64,000 nt of DNA from Camelus ferus. Lineage: Eukaryota. Made by a program: the position numbers and the translations under genes. The notes under the pieces were generated by a model. The model worked only from the letters and a program-made list of their open reading frames with translations, did not search any database and was not told the origin of the DNA. Of this stretch, positions 11,356 through 25,038 are shown piece by piece. The DNA is taken from the NCBI RefSeq assembly GCF_009834535.1, contig NC_045721.1:14446001-14510000 (forward strand). The letters run 5' to 3'. How positions within the stretch are numbered: position 1 is the first letter of the stretch; the number at the start of each line of letters is the position of its first letter.

Positions 11356-13624
11356 TAGTAGCTTCCTCACCACCGCCTCATGGGATTGAGAGGAAGCCAC
11401 GTGCACCCTGGGTGCTGCCGGTATTTGGCGGATGCTTAATAACTGGTTGGCTTGCGGCCCTTGCCCTTGTTTTCCATCAGTCACTTGCTGAATGGCTAGG
11501 TGTCCATTCAAATAGAAAATGGGGTATTACAAAAAATACTGGGCTAATTTAGTCAGATCTTCTAGAGGTTTGTTTTTTGGGGGAGGTGGGACGGATGTAC
11601 AACCATATTGAACAGGATTTATGAACTAGATAGAGGCAACATCTCAGTCAGAATTCCTTCTGTTCGTTTCATTTCGGTAGGATGGAAATTCATTCCTTTC
11701 CTTTTCATTTATAAACATCCATAACCTGAGTCTGTGAGACACCAGATTAGAAGCTCTACCATTTATAGTTGGGAGATGTTGGCTAAAGTACTTCTGTAAG
11801 TTTCGGTGTCTTCATCAGTAAAAGGGGAAAAATCGTACCTCCATCCTAATGTGGTTGTGAGGCCCATTGCAGTAACAGTGTCTGAAATGTGTTGAGCATG
11901 TACTCTGTGCGGTGTTCTAAGCCTTGAACTTCCTAGGAGAGCTTAGTGGAACGCCCAGCACTCTATGGTTGTTGTCCCTAGAGTCTGGAGGGGTAGGTTA
12001 GCCAGACTGGCAGGCGTGAGCTCTAGCTCAGGAGTCTGAAGGTTGTGGTGGAACTGGGATTTGAATCCTATCGGTGTGGTTCCAGCGTCCATGATCTTAT
12101 GCCTTATGTGACCACTGCGTCTCACCATAGTCCTCTGCCCACCAGCCGTCCAGTCACACTCCCTTCATGATGCCCAGAACCTGCCTTTGGTCTCCTTTCA
12201 AGGGTCTCCTTCCCTTGGAGTGCATGTGCCCTGTCTGTGCGCCCTGAAACTCCCCCAGTCTCAAAGCTTTCCCTGCTTACCCTCCTTGGAACTCCCTGGG
12301 TGCTTTGTGTAGGGGAACCTGAGAGCAGGGAACTCTTTGGACATCATTGCGTCCCTGCCTCTCCACTCCAGAACCTCCCACTTGATTTGCACTAATTTAA
12401 GTATTTATGGAACCAGTGAACAGATTATCTTGGAACCCAGGGCTCACCTCCTGCGCTTGTCTTGTAGAGTCTGGGGGAAGGGCGGGAGCACGCCCCACCC
12501 CACCATTATCACCTGGTCACTGCCCCAGGTGAGATGCACAGTGGTCCCTGACTGTGGGAGCCATCAGTCCCCTCCTTGGTGCCATCCCATGACATAGTCC
12601 CCTCCAGGAGAGAGTGGGCTGGGTGACACACAGGAAGCTTCAGTCCTCCACTGATAGGAACTGACTCTGTGTTTGTAAAGGCCAGGAAGCCCACTGGAAG
12701 ACACATATACACACAGTATTTTGGACACTCTTTGAAACCTGGACTTTTCCAGCAGAGTTCACCATGGGTCAGGTCTGGAAGTGCTGGTTTGGAAGAAGAC
12801 CTGGGGTGAGCTGATGTGCTGGGGTGTTCAGAGCTGCCTCCAGTTGATGTAAATTCTGCTTAACTATACTTTTTTTTTTTCTTTTGGAGTGGTGTGCAAT
12901 TTGTTGCAGCACTCTTTTTAAAAGCTCCACTCAAACTTTGCATTCTCCACTTCTTCCATCCCTGGGGATTTGTGAAGGAGTTACAGGAAAAGGGGAGGGG
13001 CTGTGGTCAAAGCACCTCTGGACAGGGCTCTGTGCTCTGCAGGGCTCAGTGAGTCCTCATCTGCATCTCCTGGTGCAAAGAGGCCTGACGTCACATTCCA
13101 ACCCCTCTGACAGCTGGCTGCCTGGACCGTGTGAGGCCATCAGTGGAAATGGATGTTTTAAATCCAGGCATTTCAGCTGTAATCCTGCTAAATAATTTGT
13201 TTCCTGTTTTATATTGTTTGCATAGAAGAGGGGGTGGAAAAATCCAGAAATGTTTTCCAGTGCATTTCCTTCCTTCCACCCCCAATCCTGCTAAAGATAC
13301 AGCCTGGTGGCAGGAGGGTTACCCCCAGTGCTACATTTTTATGTGCTCATAGAAGTTTCTTTCCTGGTAGGAACAGCATCATACACTTTCTGTCTCTACA
13401 GGGCTGGTAAATGCTGGGCCACGGAAGTTGCTCAGTACATTTATTATCGACTGACTTGAGCTCTGAGCTCTACAGGGAGTGTTGCCAGATCCTGTGGTCC
13501 AGCTGGGGAGATTTTCACCCTGTTTTCTCTCCACCTCTTTATCTTTTATTTCTGAGATCCAGCTCCCTCCTCACAGCTGAAATTGCTCTTTTAGTTGCCA
13601 AAGATGTTCGTTCTGCCAGATGAA

Positions 13625-13648
13625 GTGTGTGTGTGTGTGTGTGTGTGT
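13625..13648. repeat. (GT)12 microsatellite
   Basis: Read directly from sequence. Confidence 0.95.
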
Positions 13649-16429
13649 CTGTGTGGTCATGAATCTCTCTTAAAGGCATCTGACACTGTTAACCAGCAAT
13701 TTCTTGAGTCTTTCTCCTTGAAGTTCCCCTTTCCTGATTCGTCTTCTCCCCTCGCTCTACCTCTTCCTGCCCTGCTGGCCCCTAGTTTGGCTCCGGGTTT
13801 TGTGACAAGCCTTCTTTCTCGTCCACTTTTCCTTGTTGACATCATTGATTCTTTTAGCTTCTGCTTGCACAGCCTGTACACAACTCCCCTAGATACAAAC
13901 CTAGAGCTGCTTGACCTCCTCTGTGCCAGGCCTTCCAACCACGCACAGGACGTCCATGCTGACAGGACCCACGTCGCATCACCAAGTCAGAATCTTCAGT
14001 AGTGATCTGTTTGGCCGACCCCAGTCTCTCCTTTCTCTTGTCAGCGATTCCATTTTAGTTAAAACCCCATTCTTTCCATCACTTGGAAGTACAGATTGAG
14101 TGGTCATTACTGATGTGTCTTTTCCCCACCTCTTCCACCCAACCTGTCATAAATCTTCCCTGAGAAAGCACGCCTTGTATTTGCTTCCACTCCACTGCCG
14201 GCGCCCCCGCCTGACCCCGGCGCTTGCTGTTCACCCTAGTGACAGCGACAACGGCCTCTCAGCCTCTCCCCTCCCTCCCCTGCCTGCCTGTTCTCAACAC
14301 TTGGGCCCTGGCTGAGGTGGGCCCCTCGCCTCCCACCCCCAAAACTGAGGGTGGTCATCGCTGCCTGGTGAGTGAAACATGTACCCCTCTCGCTCTTCTC
14401 AGCCATTTGCCACGTGACTCCGACCCCTCCTCCACCTCATTCTGTACTTAACACATGAAGTCCCTGAGTCAGTGCTGAGTGGCTCTCCCCACCGGGGACA
14501 CGGCCGGGAAGTGAGTGGGGCAGCTACCTCCAGGCGAGCCCACTGCCTCTCAGCCCCCACCTCCTCCTTGAAGCTGCCTTCAACCTCTTCAGCCCCAGCA
14601 GTGAATCCCTTTTGAGAATCCCCACTGCTCTTGGTGTAAGCATCACTTTACTTGTTCTCTGATCGTTTCAGGTGTATTCGTTTTAGCTCCTCAACTGGAC
14701 TGGAATATCCTAGCAGTCCACTGGTTTTTATTTGCAGTGATGCAGCCACCCCTAAGGTTGGGGGTGTGTATCTGTCACTGGTGGTGTAGTATTTACAGTA
14801 ACTGCTCCCAACCTGCAATTCCATGTCATTGAGGTATAATGAGGGTAATACAGTGAGCCAGGCGGGGCATGAAGCACTGTGCATTTTATCATCGAACAAG
14901 TTGGTACTCGGTACATACTTCACTGATTTGAGGAAGACACTTTTGCTCAGCTGTTCTCCAGCCGTGGGTCTCAGGGAAGTCACGTCTGCCTTCTGAGACC
15001 CCGGTTCCTCATTTGCAAAATTGGGAACTAGATTCCTGCTTTTTAAGTTTCTTTCCAGTTCCAACACTGTTCAATTTCATTCCAATCTATTCGTTTCTGG
15101 AGAATCTTTACTGTGTACTGTGCACAGATTTGTTGCTCAAGGGAATATCAAACAAATACGGCACAGCCCCTGCCCTCAAAGTCTTCACCATCCACTGTAA
15201 TAACAGGAAGCCAGGAGTGTCCGAGGGGTGAGAACACAGAGCCACTGATGTCCCTGGGAGAAAGCGGGGAGGTATCTGAGTTGGTTCTAATTAGAAGCTT
15301 CCTGAAGGAGGAGAGATTTCCGTTCGGTTGAAAGGAGGCAGTTGACGGAGTGGGAGTACAGAGGCACCTCCTGGCAGACTGGTGGGCAGGGCAGCTATTC
15401 AGCAGTGAGCAGAACAGGCTGTGTTTAAGACCAGCCAGCCAGACGTTTTGCTGTGTGCTAAATTTAAAGTGGTGACCCTCCTGGGGTTACTGCAGCCTGC
15501 AACAGGAGATTCTCGACCACATCGGGAAAGCATGTGCATCCCAGAGGGGTGAAGATGCATCCTCAGATTAAAACTGGTTTGGCATCCTCACGCGCTGAGG
15601 CTCCTGGGGGTGGTTGTGGGGGGGATCTGTCCCAAGGACGACACATCTGGGTTCCTAACACAATATAATACAATGAACTACCATGATGATTGGTTAATAC
15701 TGGTGTTCAGTAATAATAAATATTTATGTCTCCTCTCATGTCAAAAAGGATCTGAAGGGGTTTGCAAATACATTCACATCCAATGAGATTAAAAAGAAGA
15801 GAGAAACAGTGAGAAATAAAAGTAGAAATAATAGTGCGAGGCCAGAGGAGGAATTCAGGCGCCCCAAAGCTCTAAATACTTGGCCAGAGGTGGGCTGCAT
15901 GACTGCGGCTCGGCATCCTGGTAACCAGTGCGTATTTCCCCCTAAAGGGATGTTTTTAACAGAATAATGTAGCATCTTGAAAGTTCCAGGCTTGTATTCA
16001 GAGACTTACCAGATCAAAGAGGTTTTGCATCCTGGGTAATGCTGTGTGCTTTCATTCCTCTTGCCTGCGGTTTAAATAAACTCTTTAGAAATGAGCACTG
16101 AAAGCAAAATGCCCGCCGAGGCTTTGTGGCTGAGTGTGGGGCTGAGTTGCAACACACCAGTGATCTGACTTAAGGAAACCCCAGTTCTGAGGTCCAAGAG
16201 AACGTCCTCTCTTTAGAAAACACACTTGTCATTTATTGCTTCCTCCTAGGAAAGGCTTTTCTCTCTGCCTCCCCCACCTCCCCTCCCCACACACTTCTGC
16301 CCCATGATACAGTCTTTGATGGGTTGGTGCACCGTGCCCGGGGCCACCGGGGCTCCATGCGTGCGGACAGGGGCAGGGGGGGCGGGCGCCAGGCCCCGGC
16401 CAGGAGCGACAGCTCTGCTCTCCCGACAG

Positions 16430-16581
16430 CGTGAAGCAGCACGAGCGCTACGGCCAGCTGACCCTAGTCAACTCCACCGCGGCCGACACCGGCGAGTTCA
16501 GCTGCTGGGGGCAGCTCTGCACCGGCTACGTGTGCAGGAGGGACGAGGCCAAGACCGGCTCCACCTACATCTTCTTTACAG
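16430..16581 (+). CDS. PDGFRL: PDGFRL internal coding exon (152 nt; third coding exon by human numbering), Ig-like domain 1
   Basis: cgacag acceptor and g|gtaaaa donor; encodes (S)VKQHERYGQLTLVNSTAADTGEFSCWGQLCTGYVCRRDEAKTGSTYIFFT(E), matching recalled PDGFRL; has the Ig D-x-G-x-F-x-C motif. Confidence 0.96.
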
Positions 16582-16854
16582 GTAAAAGGTTTGCTCCCTA
16601 GCGGAACTCGTCACACTTCTGGGCTTGGCCCGTAGTAAAGGTTCCCACCATCTGCTGCCCATCAAGTAAGGACAATCAGGGCACTCTCTGTTGGCCAGTT
16701 ATCTCACGTAAGTCTCTCGCTAGCCCTTCTGGGTAAGTAGAATATCATTTCCTTTTTTCCCTCCCAGTGGGAAAGCTGAGGTTTAGAAAGATGAAGTCAG
16801 TCTTTCAGGTCCTACTGCACGTAAATGGCTGTACTGTCTGAGTCCAGTCTGTGC

Positions 16855-17069
16855 CCACATTGTCCAGTATGGTAGCCACCATACCTGTGTGACTATTTGA
16901 ATGTAAATGGGGATTAAGTGAAAATAAACGAAGTTAAAAACTCTGTTTCTCAGTGGCACTTGCCAAGTTTCGAGTGCCCTGTTGCCCCGTGCGGCCAGGG
17001 GCTAGCCCGCTGGACGGCACAGACAGAGGACATCACCATCATCCCAGAGCGCTCCACGGGACAGCACTG
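16855..17069 (-). mobile_element. MER3-like hAT-Charlie DNA transposon fossil
   Basis: tgtccagtatggtagccacc...gactatttgaa...cagtggcacttgccaagtttcgagtgcc...ggacagcactg follows the MER3 consensus as I recall it. Confidence 0.75.
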
Positions 17070-20000
17070 CTGCGGACCTTGTCACTACGGCTCAGAATCT
17101 AGGATGAGCTCCTTTCTGGAACCTTCATAGTCACAGACACCTGGCTAAAGGCTGCCTCGCATTTGTTTGCATGAGTGCAATTGGCCGGGACCCTTGTGGC
17201 TCCAGTCCTTGTCCCTGAGCCTAAGCGAGGTGCCCCTTTGAAGGCGTGCAGGTCAGAGGGGACTCTGCCCATCGCTGCAGGGCCAGGTCTGTGTTGGCCA
17301 TGTTGAAGCTGCACTTGGAGAAACAGGCTCTGCAGAGTAGGCTGCCAGCCTCCTTCCTCCGCCTAGATGTCTCAGCTCTGAAGTTAGGGGGACGACGTTG
17401 TCCAACAAAGTTCAAAGGTCAGGAATCTTCCAAATATCACCTGCTGGTGCTGCCTTTGTCCAAGGCATTTCAGGTGAAGCCAGAAGGCGTTTTTAGTGTC
17501 TGGGCAGGGGTGGTCATGAGATTTGCCCAGATCCTGAATCCATCCACCTTTAGACCTTCAGTGACTGAGGCCTGTGACTCAGATGACCTGATGCCCTGGC
17601 CGTTAGTGAATGCCTTTGCCAGAGCTCATGCATCTTCTCTTCCTGCCCAGAGAGCAGAGCACTCTGCAATTCTGCAGGCACATCTGTCTCATTTCATTTC
17701 CATAACATCTGGAGGAAATAAGTAGAAGCTACTTAATTTTCTCTGTTTTCAAAATAATAATGCTGAGCTGAGATGCAGCAGGGCGAGGAGACTTGTTCCA
17801 TGTTCCACGACTTGAAGTGTTGGGGTAAAGAGTCAAACCCTGTTTTTCTGATCCAGGGTCCAGTGCTCTTACTGTCTTGACCCATTTTTAAGACACGGTG
17901 ATAGACAGATTGATAGACACGAGCTAGCAGACCTGGTGCTGTCAGAATTGCTGACGGCTGTTCACAGGCTGTTCTTTCTGAGCCTCATTCTGGAACGTGC
18001 CACCCAGAAGGGTCCACCTGACCTTAGTGTTACCCCAGCCCAGGAAGCAGCAGTGGGAGACGCAACTCGTTGAGACTGATGAGAGCCTGTTCTTCCAGGC
18101 AAGGACTGAGACCACATTTCAAATTGCAGAATGAAGACTCTTTGCCATGATTAGCGCTGTCATGTCTTCTCCAAATACCGGGTTTTGGAGCTGAGATTTT
18201 GAGCTGAAGACCTCCCCTCAGCGGGTCCCATTAGGGTTATAGGCTCTCTGAGTTCTGGAGGAGGATCCTCTTTCTTAATTTATGGAAGCCCTTTTGTGAC
18301 TCAGAGGAAAGCTAAAGAATTAATACTTAATTGAACTTTCAAGAGACCTGGATCGGGATGTGACCTGACATACCATTTTATCATTCCTCGGCACTGAGTT
18401 AAGAGGCCAGTTGGAGTTTCAGTATAGGGTGGAGCAATTTGTCTTTTCAGGCATTGGATGAGTTTGGAAAACCAAGATGGGCTTTTACAGAGGCTGAGCT
18501 TCCTGCTATGAGCTCTGGATTCTTTCAGAGCATATGCTTCCCTCAACCCACACAGAGAAATGTATGTTTCCTGGAATTTGACCGCAAACACTAAAGCTTC
18601 TTTTGACTGTTGTTAATTTGTGCAATTTTGGATTAAGCAACTGCCACATTATATTTGCTCTTTATCCAGGAGGCTCTCAGATGGTTCCCCCCATAAATTT
18701 TTATTAAAGTATAACACATACAAAGGAAAATACAGAAATCAATTCTACAGCTCAGTAAATTATCCTCAAGTGAACGTACACATGTAACCAGCACCCATGC
18801 CAAGGAGGACATGACGGTAGGGCTTCCTCAAGGTCAAAGGCATGGGCTCCAATTCATGTATGTGGTAAAACCACAGTAACGGGCACTTTACTAGATGTGG
18901 ACTCTTATAATTTGGATTTTAGCTTTTAGCCTACTAACGCTAATGCTTCTTGAAATATACGTTTCCATGGGTTTTGTTTTCTTAATGCTGTCATGCATCT
19001 GGGTAGATATAAGCATAATTGCAGGGGGCATATATAATCTATAATTTAAAAAATAAACTTGAGCAAACTTATTCTTGGATAGATGAAAACTACTGATTGC
19101 AAATACATATTCTTTTCTGTTTGTTAAAGCAACTGGTATGGTCACTTCTTTCAAGGTATGGATTATAGGGCAGGAAGTAAGACCTTGTTTTTCATGTTCT
19201 GAAATTCAGATTGTTCACTTATTCTACTGACTTTGCTCATTGGTTCAGATTCCTCTACAAAACCCTAAAACAAAATTTGCTTCTGAATCTGACAATGAGA
19301 AGTTCCTTAGATTTAGTGTTTGCTAAAAAGAGATCTTGAATACCATCTACTCCAGAGTCTCCTCTTTACAAATGAGGATGTGGAAGCACAGAGAGACTAC
19401 ATGATTCACTCAAGGGCGCTTGGACTTTGTGTGAACCAGGGGGTGTGAGGTACAACGTTGATCAAGGTGCCCTTGCCCAAACCTGAACGTCACTTTAAGT
19501 GGCACAAATCACCTGGCCTGATGTAAAGTCTTACAAAAGACGGAGACTCACTGAGCTGTGATTCTGTGTTAGCAAACGTGGCACTCAGAGCCAGAGAGCT
19601 CTGGCCCATGAAGACATTTGCTGCCATGTCCAGGAATCCTGTCCCCAACCCAAAACATCATATGGCACAAAGAAAGCTTGTGAAGGAGGAAGCCAAGAAT
19701 TGTTTCAGGAACATTGTAAGAAAAACAAGGGAGACAATTTAAGAAATGCTGGGGTGTGATTCAGTTCAAAGATTTCTCTCAGCCACTACTGTCATCTCTC
19801 ACAGGATGACTGAGAAAACAAACTACTTAATACGCCACGTCCAAAACAAAGAACAACACCCCCAAAACCCAATCCAGAGCCCCTCGACTGTCCTGAGGAA
19901 AGCGTGGGTAACCCAGTCCTCATGTCTCTAAGACACAAGTGTCATCATTGACAGCTTGAAGAACGAGCAGGTGATTTCAAAATACGTAGGAGAAGGGTAA

Positions 20001-20541
20001 GAAACGGGCTGAAGGGCCCCAGCCCAGGGGCGGCCCAGCAGAGCCCAGAACCCGAGACAAGCAGGTTCCTCGTCTGTCCCTGCTTGACTCCCTTCCCATT
20101 GCCCTGGCCGGAACAGGGTCCTCAGGGCTGTGAGGATGCCAGCAGCCCCAGGGCCCGGTCTTGGCAGAGCTCTGCTGAGCTGGCCATCCCTCCCGACGGG
20201 CAGTTACTGAGCGCGGGCCATGGGGCTGACTTCTCTAGAGACACGGCAGATTGTCGACAGGTTTTACAACAGCTCTGACCACAGGGCAGTCGGTCTCCTT
20301 CCCTGCTTCCTTGGTGGGTAATTATGAGCCCGATTTGGGCTTGAACTAATTAATACCTATTTTGTTTCCTTTAAGAAGCTGGAAGGGAGTGTCCTTCTTC
20401 CAAAAAAGCAAAAGCATTTTAAAAAGTAGCCTTTTCAATTCATGAGACTCAGGACTCTGAGGATTTTACCAACCCTCTCGTCTCTGGGCCCTGAATGTTT
20501 CTCCCGTGTAAATAAGTAAGCCTGTGTCTTTCCTCTTGCAG

Positions 20542-20835
20542 AGAAAGGAGAAATCTTTGTACCTTCTCCCAGTTACTTTGATGTTGTCTACTTGAACCCG
20601 GACAGACAGGCTGTGGTTCCTTGTCGAGTGACCGTCCTGTCAGCCAGAGTCACGCTCCACAGAGAGTTCCCGGCCAAGGAGATCCCAGCCAATGGGACGG
20701 ACATCGTTTATGACGTCAAGAGAGGCTTTGTGTACTTGCAACCTCACTCCGACCACCAGGGGGTGGTCTACTGCAAGGCGGAGGCTGGGGGCAAGTCTCA
20801 GATCTCCGTCAAGTACCAGCTGCTCTACGCGGAAG
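20542..20835 (+). CDS. PDGFRL: PDGFRL internal coding exon (294 nt)
   Basis: cttgcag acceptor and g|gtaag donor; encodes (E)KGEIFVPSPSYFDVVYLNPDRQAVVPCRVTVLSARVTLHREFPAKEIPANGTDIVYDVKRGFVYLQPHSDHQGVVYCKAEAGGKSQISVKYQLLYAE(V); phase 1/1 fits both neighbours. Confidence 0.97.
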
Positions 20836-21559
20836 GTAAGCCTGCTCCCCCTTAGGGCCTAGACTTCAGTCGCTTCCCGCTGGTCAGGATCAGGGACTGC
20901 TGCCTATCACTGTGGAAGTTAGGAGGCACAGAGTGCTGTTCTTAAAGGCTTGTTTACAGCACTGCCATTTCTCGAATGTTCTGCATCCTTGCCCATGACC
21001 CCAACCCAACACCCCTGAGTGCCCTCCATATCCCTTCCAACGTTCCCTCTGTTACCGCCTCTGTGTGATGAACCAGCAATGGTCCAGTGCCCCCAGCCTC
21101 TTCTCAGAACATCCTCTCAGATGAGAATATCATGTTTTAAACAAAATCTGCTCTCTCCTCAGGCCACACTTCCTTCCCCACCGTGGCAGGTCAGAGGTGG
21201 GGTTGGTCCCCCTGCCCGACCCTCAGTCTCTCACCCTGTTTCCTCTGCTCCCCTGAGGTCTGTGGCTTCACCAGTGGTCTCATCTCCCCTCCTGTCACCC
21301 CCTCCCGGGGTCCTTGTCGTCTTTGCTGCTTCATCTTCAGGGTGATGTCTCCATCCACCTGGGGCCCCCTGGCCTGGATCGCCCGCCACCTCGTCCACTC
21401 CACCCAGACACCCCCTCCCTTTCACACGCCTCCCAGCTTTGTCACCCCAGCGCCACCAAAGCAGCTTTGGCTAAAGGACCTCCCAGGCCACTAAATCCAG
21501 CAGACTCATATCTGTCCCCATCCTTCTAGACTCTGCCTCGCCCACATGAAACCCCCTCT

Positions 21560-22260
21560 TCCCTTGCCCCATTTTTTCCTGCTTCCCCAGAGCCTTCCCA
21601 TGAGCCCTGGCCCCTCTCTGCCTCTCCCAGGTTTTCCAGGTTGGAGTCCCTCAGCCACCTTTCTCCATCCTCAGTCTCGTCCTGGGCTGCTCCGCCATGT
21701 GCACGCTCCGCTGTGTGTCTGGTCACTCATTATTCCTGGGGTGTGGGGGAGGCGTGTCCCCAATCTGGGAGTGGCAGCTCCCCATGTCCAACTGTCTACC
21801 TCACATCTGCACTGAGATGCTCCATGGGCCTGTCCCTGACCCCTGGGCCTTCCTCGTCCCAGGGAGGGCCCTGCAGCTCCCGGCTCCTCCAGCCCTTCTG
21901 ACTTCTTCCATCTAGTCACCCAAATCCTGCTGTTTCTCTCCCTCCTGCTGCAGAAAGAGTTCAGCTGTCTTCTCTGCCTTGGACCCATATGCACACCTTT
22001 CCAAGTGGTGTCTTCTTCCCCATCTTTTCTCTCTCCATCTTCCACACTGTAGCTGATTATAATTCCAGTTAAGCCCATTCAGTGGTTTTTCTTAGAACCA
22101 AAGTCAGAATCTCCTGTGTGGCCTGAAAGGCCTCGCATGCCTCCCCACCCCCCCCCCTCCCTGCAGCGTCTCCCCTCCCCCGAGCCTTTAGGTTTTAGTG
22201 CAAACATCCTTAGGGAAGCCCTTCCTGCTTCTCAGACCATCCTGAGCTTCCTGAGCACTC
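21560..22260 (+). mobile_element. Old L2 LINE fragment
   Basis: Pyrimidine-rich L2-like text (ccccatgtccaactgtctacctcacatctgcactgagatgctcc; cttagaaccaaagtcagaatctcc). Boundaries approximate. Confidence 0.55.
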
Positions 22261-22940
22261 CGGGCTTCTCCTTCAGGCTTGACCAGCACTCAGGTTTTAA
22301 ATTAACCACAGGATGACATGCTGAGGGGCGACCTCCCCGCCAAGAACAGAGGCCACGGGGCTCAGAGACCACCTGTCTCTTTCGCTGCTGCAGCCTCGGC
22401 TCCCGGCACGAGGTTGCTTTGCCGTCAAAGTGACTTGAGTCCACTGAGCACAGTGAAGACTCTGGGCTCCGAAATGCGGGGAAGCACAGGCCCGCCCGCC
22501 ACCGTCCCTCCGCCGGGGGATTCAGACTTTCCCTTCCTTCTGAGGCCGCACAGTCACGTCCCTGTCTGCTCACCTTCACCCCTTCGGCCGCCCTCCCTTC
22601 CTTTCTCTTGCTCTGCCCCCCAAGTACCTTCTCCCTCGACCTGTTCCTTCCCTTCACGTGAGCTCCGGGCAGACCTTTTGGGCTCGTCTCCCAGTCACAG
22701 GCGTCACGGCTGGACTGGGGGGATCCGGGTGGCCACCCCGCTCTGGGCCGCCGAGGCGGGGTGGAGGCGTCTCAGGAGACCCCGAGTGGCGGACGGGGTG
22801 GGCCTGATGCTCGCCGGGACGCTGCAAGAACGGCAGGAGAGTTCCGCGTGTGCCCAAAGCGGGGAACACCACGCCTGCTGGCCTGTCTCTGCCGTGGGCT
22901 CACCGCGTTCACCCTCGTTCCGTCTCCTGCTCACTTCCAG

Positions 22941-23080
22941 TTCCCAGGGGCCCCCCGTCCACAACCATCTCGGCGTCGGCCAACAAAGTGAAAGGTGGGG
23001 ATGACGTCAGCGTCCTCTGCACTGTCCTTGGGGAGCCGGACGTCGAGGTGGAGTTCAGGTGGATCTACCCAGGGCAGAAG
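22941..23080 (+). CDS. PDGFRL: PDGFRL internal coding exon (140 nt), start of the C-terminal Ig-like domain
   Basis: cacttccag acceptor and aag|gtaggc donor; encodes (V)PRGPPSTTISASANKVKGGDDVSVLCTVLGEPDVEVEFRWIYPGQK. Confidence 0.97.
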
Positions 23081-24526
23081 GTAGGCGAGCCCGGTCTCGG
23101 TGGCTTCAGTTCCGGGCTCTTACCCCCCGCCCCCCGCCCCTGCGGTGATATGGACCGTAACTTAGCAAGTGTGAGAAAGGTGTGGGGCTAGGGTAGGGCC
23201 CGGGCTTGTTTTCTCATGAGATGCTTCAGTGTATCTACAAACAGCTTTTTTTTTTTTAACAGGACAGGAAAAAAGTGACTGGGTTCCATTACGCAATTCA
23301 GTCGACATACCCTCTTCATAACCCTTAGGGAAGGGGACGGGGCAGGGGGGGGTGCTCCTTTCTTCACCTGCAGCCTCAATCTCCAATCTTAATTCTGGGT
23401 TGCTTGGAGGCCAATCCAGCCTCCTTCTGGAACCTTCAGTGTTCTCTCTCCCCACAAGCTGGACCCTGGGGCTAGGAGCTCTGAGCCGATACTCACCAAG
23501 TGGGCATATAAGCCCAGGCCTTCAAAAAGGTGCTGTGAGGCCAGAGATCATTTTAAAATAGACTTTCCATGAAAAACAACTCCACCACATTTAGCCCCTG
23601 TGCCTTCTCATGAAAATAAACTGCTTGCTACCGGCATGGAATAGTCCGTTTGTTGCCAGAAGAGATTTGGCCTCCTAAGATGTACTCAGTAGCCAACACA
23701 CTTCTGGTTTAAGGGCTGGGATTGGTGGAAAATCTCTCCCTGGAGGATGGTACTTTCCTGGTACTAGGTACTTGTTTTCAAAGTGTCCCGTTTAGAAGAC
23801 ATTAATAATTTTTAGTGGAGGCTTTTTTTTTCCCACATTGTTAATTATGAGAAGCAGAAAGGGTATTATTAAGTAATACTATAAATATTACAATTATGTT
23901 AAACTAATCCAGAAAACACTACGTTCCAATAGTCAAAGTTGGAAAAAGCATCTCAAAAGTGACTTACTTTCTAGAAATAGGGGTTATGTCACCCAGCGTA
24001 TCATGTTATCTGTCCTCGGTACAGCCAGAGTCCATGGCACACTGGACTAATCGTGTGTCTCCCTCTCCCAAGTCTGAATAATTGGGAGGTCTTACTCATT
24101 TACGGTGAGTGCTAGGCGCCTCTTCTTGACTTTAAGTTTTGTGGATAAGAACCATTGAGCATAGGGGTGGGCAGTGTCAACAGGAGAGCAGTGGAAAATG
24201 TTATCCATCTTTTTATGTCTCATACCAGTCCCACATTCTTGGAGTTCCAAAAGAATAAAATGTATATATTAAGTAGAAACTTACTGAGGAAAATGGCAGC
24301 GCGAGAGAGCCACACAGCATAATGAAATTCAAGCCCCTGCTTGGAAAAAAATGCAGCCTCCACGGACGAGACAGTGGCAGGCCTCCCACGAGCTGCGCAT
24401 ACCAAGCAGTCCTTTAGAAGCATGTGTTTTTCACGTTGAAAGGGACACTCAGCAGCGTTCAGTGAATGGGAGCTGTTGAGAGTGGCTTGTGGTCTGCACT
24501 TCAGCCTGTGTGGTGTCGTTCGACAG

Positions 24527-24715
24527 GATGAAAGGCCCGTGACGATTCAAGACACTTGGCGGCTGATCCACCGAGGACGCGGACACACCACCAGGATCTC
24601 CCAGAGTGTCCTGACTGTCGAGGACCTGGAAACCATCGACGCCGGCGATTACATCTGCACGGCTCAGAACCCCCGAGGACAGACGACAGTAGCTACCACT
24701 GTTGAGTTTTCCTGA
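24527..24715 (+). CDS. PDGFRL: PDGFRL last coding exon (62 aa plus TGA)
   Basis: cgacag acceptor, phase 0; encodes [62 protein letters not shown], matching the recalled PDGFRL C-terminus with the DAGDYIC Ig motif. Confidence 0.97.
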   Translation, partial: DERPVTIQDTWRLIHRGRGHTTRISQSVLTVEDLETIDAGDYICTAQNPRGQTTVATTVEFS

Positions 24716-25008
24716 CTCGGGAAGTGAAGTCTAACGGACTGATGCAAAGCCCACGTGTGCACACAACTAGCTCCGGGGTTCCTCTGACTTCTGCTTTGCC
24801 TGAGGCCGATGTCCAGTGCCAAACCCCAGGTCCTGCCTTGTGAGTCAGACCCAGACATCTGAGCTAAACGGAAGTCACCGGGTCTAGTAACAGAAGTGTT
24901 AACTCCTCTAACAGAAAGCATGTATTCTGATTGCTGACCTACGTATATGCACTTCTAGTTTTTATACTAAGAAGGCATATATGTAAACAATGTCATATAA
25001 TCATTTCT

Positions 25009-25038
25009 ATTAAATGAGCAAGTTTTGTAAAAAATAAA
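25009..25038 (+). terminator. PDGFRL: PDGFRL poly(A) signals (ATTAAA 25009-25014, AATAAA 25033-25038)
   Basis: Two hexamers about 300 nt after the stop codon, with T-rich sequence downstream. Confidence 0.75.

Noticed and set aside
1-16429. Possible upstream PDGFRL coding exons (signal peptide and ...GWSYPAYLDTFKDSRL exon)
   Set aside because: No matching reading frame found; these exons must lie upstream of the window.
22318-23004. 228-aa plus-strand ORF, the longest in the track
   Set aside because: Stop-poor GC-rich intron sequence, Pro/Ser/Arg-rich, out of frame with the PDGFRL exon it overlaps, no homology recognised.
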